DNA of 64,000 bases from a virus: positions 1-64,000 of IMG/VR virus record IMGVR_UViG_3300032288_004022, one strand, 5' to 3'. Every line of letters starts with the position of its first letter. Position 1 is the stretch's first letter. The translations under genes and the position numbers were made by a program. This document shows positions 58,285 to 64,000 of this stretch, in pieces. The notes under the pieces were generated by a model that saw nothing but the letters and a program-made list of their open reading frames with translations, had not been told where the DNA came from and searched no databases.

Positions 58285-59355
58285 ATGTATTCAACTACAG
58301 TATATCTATACCAACAAATTGTCCGGGTGCTCTTGATAGACACCAGCGGCGGTTATTTTACAAAAAGGTACGACCCAGTGTACGCAAAACAACTAACTAT
58401 CAACAAGGGAGTAGACAACGTCATACTCTTTGAATTTATCAATCAAGACCAAAAGCCTGTGAACATTGCAGGTTCAAGTTTTGTTTTTCGTGTGGTAAAT
58501 CAAGCCGGAGACGAACTCTTGATCACCAAGCCCATGGAAATATTGAGTTCGACCCTGGGCAGAGTCAAGGTGGTTCTCAACAACGAAGACACCATCAATA
58601 TCCAAGCACAGCCTGCCAGTTACAGCATACAACGCACAGCCGGCAACTATGTGCAGGCAGCATATACCGATGCCAACTCGCAAGCACGAGCAGATTGTAA
58701 CATTGTGGATTCGGTGTTGCCGCAACATATACCGGCCGCGGAATGCACGGTGCCTGACATGTATGGAAAAAACAATTACTTTGGAGTGGGCCCAACACAA
58801 TGGCCAGATTGGGCATTGACTCCACAGCCACAAAACGCCATTCAAATGACCGAATTCTACTCCAGTTACATGCCCACCAACGGTGCAAGTTTGACCACAG
58901 TCAAGTATGATCTTGTGACCTATACTGGTACTGTAAAAGTACAGGCCGCACAAAACTACGAATCAGTTTGGTATGATGTAACAGAGTCAAGACAGTATCT
59001 CAGTGAGACTGTGAGCGATTATTTCAATGTTGTGGGATTCCATCCCTTGTTACGCCTGGCGTTCAACAACTCCATTGGTTACGGTGCTCAAGCCAATGTT
59101 GTGGTTTCTAACGGAGTGGTGACTTCGATCAACATAACCAATGCTGGTGTGCAATATGTTGCACCACCATTTATCCAAATCTTGGGCAACGGTGCGGGAG
59201 CCCGAGCAACCTGTACAATTGATCCCAACGGTGGTGTGGCATCGGTAACAATCACCAATGGTGGTTCCGGATATTTGCCAATTCAATTTCAAAGCAACAT
59301 ATCTGCCACCGCACTTTTTACCAATGGTTTGGTCCAAAACGTTCAATATCGTTGA
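58285..59355 (+). CDS. Probable baseplate/virion protein
   Basis: KGVDN...NQDQKPV at N-terminus; two V.S..ITN.G..Y repeats; TAAATA 58275. Confidence 0.6.
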   Translation: MYSTTVYLYQQIVRVLLIDTSGGYFTKRYDPVYAKQLTINKGVDNVILFEFINQDQKPVNIAGSSFVFRVVNQAGDELLITKPMEILSSTLGRVKVVLNNEDTINIQAQPASYSIQRTAGNYVQAAYTDANSQARADCNIVDSVLPQHIPAAECTVPDMYGKNNYFGVGPTQWPDWALTPQPQNAIQMTEFYSSYMPTNGASLTTVKYDLVTYTGTVKVQAAQNYESVWYDVTESRQYLSETVSDYFNVVGFHPLLRLAFNNSIGYGAQANVVVSNGVVTSINITNAGVQYVAPPFIQILGNGAGARATCTIDPNGGVASVTITNGGSGYLPIQFQSNISATALFTNGLVQNVQYR

Positions 59356-59380
59356 TTTAGTGTAGCTGATCTGTTACACT
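59352..59380 (+). promoter_or_regulatory. sigma70-type promoter, leaderless geometry
   Basis: TTGATT-17-TACACT, ATG 6 nt downstream. Confidence 0.6.
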
Positions 59381-59386
59381 AACAAG

Positions 59387-60376
59387 ATGCTTGACATCCT
59401 TGCTTATCTGCCTGCCAAAAGAAAACCCAGCCCTCAAGGCTGGCTGAGTTTCAATGCAGTTTGTTGTCAGCACAATGGACAAAGTCCAGACCGCCGCGGA
59501 CGTGGTGGCATCAAGGTCACAGAATCGGGTTGGAGCTATCACTGCTTCAACTGCTCTTATACTGCCAGTTTCACACTCGGACGAACACTCAGCTTCAAGG
59601 CACGCAGACTTCTTGGGTGGATGGGTGTGCCAGACAATGAGATTGAAATGCTCAATCTTGAAAGCCTACGTCATCGCAACATGCACGGCATCCTGGAAGA
59701 TCGTCAACGTGTTGCCAACATAGTTTCAGGAATTGAGTTTGCGGAGTCAGATGACTTCCCGCCATACACAGAAGTGGTCACACCTGAATTTCCTTTGTAT
59801 TGGAATTATATTCGTCAGCGTCGAGTGCCCGAAGACTTTCCAGTGATGACATCGATCAAAACTGATGGTGCAAATTGGACTAGACCCTATGTGTTGATTC
59901 CGTTTACATATGACAATCAAGTAATAGGCTGGACTGCTAGATTTTTAGATAACAAGATTCCCAAGTATATCAATCACAGTCAACCCGGCTATGTGTTTGG
60001 CACAGATCTGCAACAGCCCGACTGGCGATATGTGATTGTCACAGAAGGCATTTTTGATGCACTCAGCATTGGTGGACTTGCACTGATGCACAACACCATC
60101 AGCGATGGCCAAGCAAAACTAATTCGCAGTCTGGGTCGAGAAGTCATTGTTGTGCCTGATCAGGACCTGCCCGGTACTGAATTGATTGATCGTGCAGTTG
60201 AACTAGGATACAGCGTGAGCATTCCGGCCTGGCCCGATCATGTCAAGGATGTCAACGATGCCGTGATAGAATATGGTCGACTTGGAGCCTTGCTAACTAT
60301 AATGGCAGCACGAGAAACCAGCCGAATTAAAATTGAAATAAGGAAGAAGCAACTTGTTAAAAGAATACGGACTTGA
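59387..60376 (+). CDS. DNA primase (gp61-like)
   Basis: CC/CFNC Zn site; TEGIFDALS, PDQD, KDVND Toprim motifs. Confidence 0.88.
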   Translation: MLDILAYLPAKRKPSPQGWLSFNAVCCQHNGQSPDRRGRGGIKVTESGWSYHCFNCSYTASFTLGRTLSFKARRLLGWMGVPDNEIEMLNLESLRHRNMHGILEDRQRVANIVSGIEFAESDDFPPYTEVVTPEFPLYWNYIRQRRVPEDFPVMTSIKTDGANWTRPYVLIPFTYDNQVIGWTARFLDNKIPKYINHSQPGYVFGTDLQQPDWRYVIVTEGIFDALSIGGLALMHNTISDGQAKLIRSLGREVIVVPDQDLPGTELIDRAVELGYSVSIPAWPDHVKDVNDAVIEYGRLGALLTIMAARETSRIKIEIRKKQLVKRIRT

Positions 60377-61823
60377 TGTCCAACGACTGTTTCTAGAAAT
60401 GATGTTGGAGGACGCACAAAGTTATGTGCGTGTTCAAAACATCTACAACCCGCAGAACTTTGATAGAAGTTTGAGACCTGCCGCTGAGTTTGTCAAAGAA
60501 CACAGCGACAAGTTCAAGACCATGCCGGATCGCGCACAGATTGCGGCTGCCACAGGCATCAAACTACAGTCTGTGCCGGACTTGAACGAGGGGCACTTTG
60601 ACTGGTTCATGAACGAATTTGAAGCATTTACCAAACGTCAAGAACTAGAACGTGCAATTTTGAAATCTGCAGACTTGCTGGAAAAAGGCGACTTTGAACC
60701 AGTTGAAAAACTCATCAAAGATGCAGTGCAAATATCACTCACCAAAGACATGGGCACAGACTACTTTGCTGACCCTGCAGCTCGCATCAACAAGTATTTC
60801 AACTCGGGCGGCCAAGTATCAACGGGCTGGCCGCAACTGGACAGATTGCTGTATGGTGGATTCAGTCGTGGTGAGCTCAACATCTTTGCAGGCGGATCGG
60901 GTTCAGGTAAATCCTTGGTCATGATGAACATTGCACTGAACTGGTTACAACAAGGATTGAGTGGGGTGTACATTACACTGGAACTGTCAGAAGAACTCAC
61001 AAGTTTACGAACAGATGCCATGTTGACCAATATGAGCACCAAGGACATTCGTCGAGACATTGACACAACAGAACTCAAGGTCAAACTTGTGGCCAAGAAG
61101 TCTGGACAGTATCGTGTGAAAGCACTGCCGGCACAAAGCAACATCAATGATATTCGCAGCTACATCAAGGAAGTACAGATTCAAACAGGAATCCGTGTGG
61201 ACTTTATCATGGTGGACTATCTGGACTTGTTGATGCCGGTGAGTGCCAAGGTTTCGCCCAATGACCTGTTTGTGAAAGACAAGTATGTTTCGGAAGAACT
61301 ACGTAACTTGGCCAAAGAGCTAGGGTTGTTGATGGTTACTGCGTCGCAGTTGAACCGTAGTGCAGTGGAAGAAATTGAATTTGACCACAGCCATATTTCA
61401 GGTGGTATCTCCAAGATTAACACAGCAGACAACGTGTTTGGTATTTTTACAAGTCGTGCCATGAAAGAGCGCGGCAAGTATCAGATCCAGTGCATGAAGA
61501 GTCGTAGTTCAACAGGTGTTGGGCAAAAGATTGACCTGGAATACAATATTGAAACCATGCGTATCACAGACGAAGGCGGCGATGAAGGGACAGGTTACCA
61601 GAAGCCACAAAGCAGCATCATGGATTCAATCAAGGCTCGGAGTCAGGTCAAGACTGCCGATACCACAGAAGATAGCACACCTACTCAGTGGGAAAAGCCG
61701 ATTGGTGGAACTCATGCATGGGACAAACCAATGGCCAAACTTGATGACAGCCCAAAAGTAACAGCAGATGTTCAAAGTGCAAAACTAAAACAATTGTTAG
61801 GACAAATTAGATCATCACAATGA
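60354..61823 (+). CDS. Replicative helicase (gp41/DnaB-like)
   Basis: GGSGSGKS, ITLELSE, VDYLDL, ASQLNR, MKSR. Confidence 0.92.
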   Translation: MLKEYGLDVQRLFLEMMLEDAQSYVRVQNIYNPQNFDRSLRPAAEFVKEHSDKFKTMPDRAQIAAATGIKLQSVPDLNEGHFDWFMNEFEAFTKRQELERAILKSADLLEKGDFEPVEKLIKDAVQISLTKDMGTDYFADPAARINKYFNSGGQVSTGWPQLDRLLYGGFSRGELNIFAGGSGSGKSLVMMNIALNWLQQGLSGVYITLELSEELTSLRTDAMLTNMSTKDIRRDIDTTELKVKLVAKKSGQYRVKALPAQSNINDIRSYIKEVQIQTGIRVDFIMVDYLDLLMPVSAKVSPNDLFVKDKYVSEELRNLAKELGLLMVTASQLNRSAVEEIEFDHSHISGGISKINTADNVFGIFTSRAMKERGKYQIQCMKSRSSTGVGQKIDLEYNIETMRITDEGGDEGTGYQKPQSSIMDSIKARSQVKTADTTEDSTPTQWEKPIGGTHAWDKPMAKLDDSPKVTADVQSAKLKQLLGQIRSSQ

Positions 61824-62791
61824 CATGTATTGATATTTTTAAAAATATAAACATTGTTGTTCAACAAAACAAATTAGCACTTTCGCCGTGTTGTATTTCG
61901 CCAGCTCGCCCAACAGAATTTATTGATTTTGCAAACAACAAATATCTTGTTGGGTTACGTGATGAAATGAACCGTGGGCAATTTCCAACAGCATGTAGCA
62001 GTTGTAAAAATGCTGAAGATTCTGGATTGGATAGTAGACGAAAAGGTAGTAATGCGTGGTACACTGCACAGGGTATTAACAACAATACAGTTGAGTTAGT
62101 CCGCATGGATTACTGGACTGGCGATACGTGCAATTTGGCTTGTGTGATATGCGGTCCAGACAACAGTAGTACTTGGAAACAAGAACTCGGTCTTCCTGTT
62201 GAGTTAAAAAAAGTAGTCAGCAATCAGTTTTGGAAAACTCTTGATCTCAGTAAGATAAAATTTATACATTTCAACGGTGGGGAACCGTTGTTGAGCAAAG
62301 AACATGTAAAATTTTTACATGCGGTTGAAAACAAAAATCAAGTACATCTAAATTACAACACCAATGGTACAATACTACCAAGCGAAGAGTTATTAAACTT
62401 ATGGGAACAATTCCGTTTAGTGCAGGTTGATTTTAGTATTGATGACATCGGAGAACGATTTGAATACCAACGATTTCCTGCAAAGTGGAATCAAGTAGCT
62501 TCTAATTTGCAATGGTACATTGATAACGCACCGCATAATTGTATGTTTGCAGTTAACACATCAGTTGGCATTTTAAATCACAGCAATTTGCAATTGTTAA
62601 CAGCATGGCTGCAAACTAACTTTCACACCACTAGGTTTACAGATCCTATAGAGCATAGACAGCAACTAACCATGGGAATATTTGCGTTACAAGATGCAGA
62701 TAAAAGAAAGTCCAGGATAGAAATTATCCTGGACCAGATTGATCAAAGACGTGGCACAAACTGGCGTGCTACATTTCCAGAATTAGTTTAA
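61820..62791 (+). CDS. Radical SAM protein with N-terminal twitch-like domain
   Basis: C...PCC...CSSC; CNLACVIC; GGEPLL. Confidence 0.85.
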   Translation: MTCIDIFKNINIVVQQNKLALSPCCISPARPTEFIDFANNKYLVGLRDEMNRGQFPTACSSCKNAEDSGLDSRRKGSNAWYTAQGINNNTVELVRMDYWTGDTCNLACVICGPDNSSTWKQELGLPVELKKVVSNQFWKTLDLSKIKFIHFNGGEPLLSKEHVKFLHAVENKNQVHLNYNTNGTILPSEELLNLWEQFRLVQVDFSIDDIGERFEYQRFPAKWNQVASNLQWYIDNAPHNCMFAVNTSVGILNHSNLQLLTAWLQTNFHTTRFTDPIEHRQQLTMGIFALQDADKRKSRIEIILDQIDQRRGTNWRATFPELV

Positions 62792-63705
62792 GCAGCTACA
62801 CCTTTGATCACAACAAAGTTGAACACAGGTGCGTCAGATGCTGTGCCGCTCACAGAAGAAAATGTGATTCTAAAACTTCCATCTGCTACAGCAGTCACAA
62901 ATGTCAGGTACGTGTTGGTACCTGATTTTTGATTCACAATCACAGTGTCAGTGGCAGCAACCAAGGTGTTGGTCACAGTAAAACTGGTGTATGCCGAAGT
63001 ACCAGCAGCAGTGAACAAGGTAATAGCACCTGAACGTTTGCTGAGTGTGACTCCTGTGGTGCGACTGGTACCTTGAGTTACTGTACCACCAGCACCGGCA
63101 GCGTAACCAACAGCAGTTCCTGCATCAGCCAACAACGGACGATTGAGATCATAAATGGTGATTGTGGTGCCACCGTCTACACTGCTGAAACCAAATCTAA
63201 ACGTTCCTGTGACGCCAAAGGTCAGTACATTGCTGCTCAAACCTTGTACGCCGGCAGTGCCCAGGCTCACTGCCGCAGGCAATGTCACGGTGTAGGCAGT
63301 GTTGGTAACAACAAAGTCAACGTATAGCATGCCAGCAGAACCTGTGGCCGGCCAGTTTGAAAAGCTCAAGCTCACATTGGCAGTTGGCGCAATCAACTGA
63401 TACTGTGCAGCACTGTAGTCCACTGTGATCGACCCCGCAGTGGTGGTTTGTTGTAGATATGTGCAACTTACATCATTTAATTTAACGGCGTATATTAAGT
63501 TATCCGCCATGTTGTTGTCCAGTGTGGTACCTGTAAGCGCAGCCTTGAAAACGCCTTTGTTTTCCAAGTCAGTGATTTCCGTAGCAGCAATTTGAAAGTT
63601 GGTTTTGGTGTTTGTAAAATTGTCTCTAAAACCTTGGGTGTTGTTCTGTTGGCCAGCCACGGGATATGTGCCGTCTATGTTGTTGGGGTTGATTTGACTT
63701 GTCAT
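62788..63705 (-). CDS. Virion structural protein
   Basis: YPVAGQQNNTQGFRDNF at N-terminus; T/S-rich; TAAATA on minus strand at 63726-63731 and AGGA SD. Confidence 0.7.
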   Translation of the reverse strand: MTSQINPNNIDGTYPVAGQQNNTQGFRDNFTNTKTNFQIAATEITDLENKGVFKAALTGTTLDNNMADNLIYAVKLNDVSCTYLQQTTTAGSITVDYSAAQYQLIAPTANVSLSFSNWPATGSAGMLYVDFVVTNTAYTVTLPAAVSLGTAGVQGLSSNVLTFGVTGTFRFGFSSVDGGTTITIYDLNRPLLADAGTAVGYAAGAGGTVTQGTSRTTGVTLSKRSGAITLFTAAGTSAYTSFTVTNTLVAATDTVIVNQKSGTNTYLTFVTAVADGSFRITFSSVSGTASDAPVFNFVVIKGVAA

Positions 63706-63774
63706 AGATATTCCTGTATAGTAGATATTTATTCTAGCCTGTTGTACACTAAATAATCCAAAGGCCCAGATCGA

Positions 63775-64000
63775 ATGCAGAAAAAGACCCGAAGTTTACT
63801 TGAAGAACTGGATTCAATGTATGTAGAGCGTGACCGACGCCTGATCATTGAAACCCGAGCTGACAGTGTGATTGCAAGTGCCATAAGACTAATTGAACAG
63901 ATAGAATCTGAATTTGGTCCCGAGCAAGCAGAGAACCTCACAAGAAAATTGCTCAATGCAATACGCACCAAAGATGCCGGTAAATTTTCACGATCTGTTA
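63775..64000 (+). CDS. Hypothetical late protein (MQKKTRSLLEELD...), truncated by window end
   Basis: TAAATA 63750-63755; frame open to the end. Confidence 0.7.
   Translation, partial: MQKKTRSLLEELDSMYVERDRRLIIETRADSVIASAIRLIEQIESEFGPEQAENLTRKLLNAIRTKDAGKFSRSV

Noticed and set aside
1-64000. Stop-codon reassignment
   Set aside because: Core genes are full length and densely packed under the standard code
1-64000. CRISPR array, tRNA/rRNA genes, diversity-generating retroelement
   Set aside because: No regularly spaced repeats, cloverleaf or reverse transcriptase seen by eye, and intergenic gaps are short; tRNAscan was not run

Overview
A 64 kb segment of a large T4-like (contractile-tailed) dsDNA bacteriophage using the standard genetic code, with T4-type core genes in a shuffled order. 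It encodes neck and tail genes (gp13, gp14, gp15, sheath gp18, tube gp19), gp4, terminase, GN-repeat fibres, a block of probable capsid-internal proteins, gp32/UvsX/UvsY/UvsW, a gp62-like protein, primase and helicase. It also carries a 183-aa miniature family-C (DnaE-like) polymerase, two free-standing GIY-YIG endonucleases, two radical SAM enzymes and a ~13 kb MetK plus glycan-biosynthesis island. The most striking signal is regulatory. A hairpin-plus-terminator element behind the AAA+ gene (50595-50658) shows in its loop a sequence antisense to the SD-through-AUG of all five TTGACC-promoter early genes, and matches the gp62-like RBS at 16/17 nt. Many middle and late genes look leaderless or use other SD contexts. 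This suggests a phage anti-RBS small RNA acting as a temporal translation switch. All protein calls rest on motif recognition by eye; no database searches were run.
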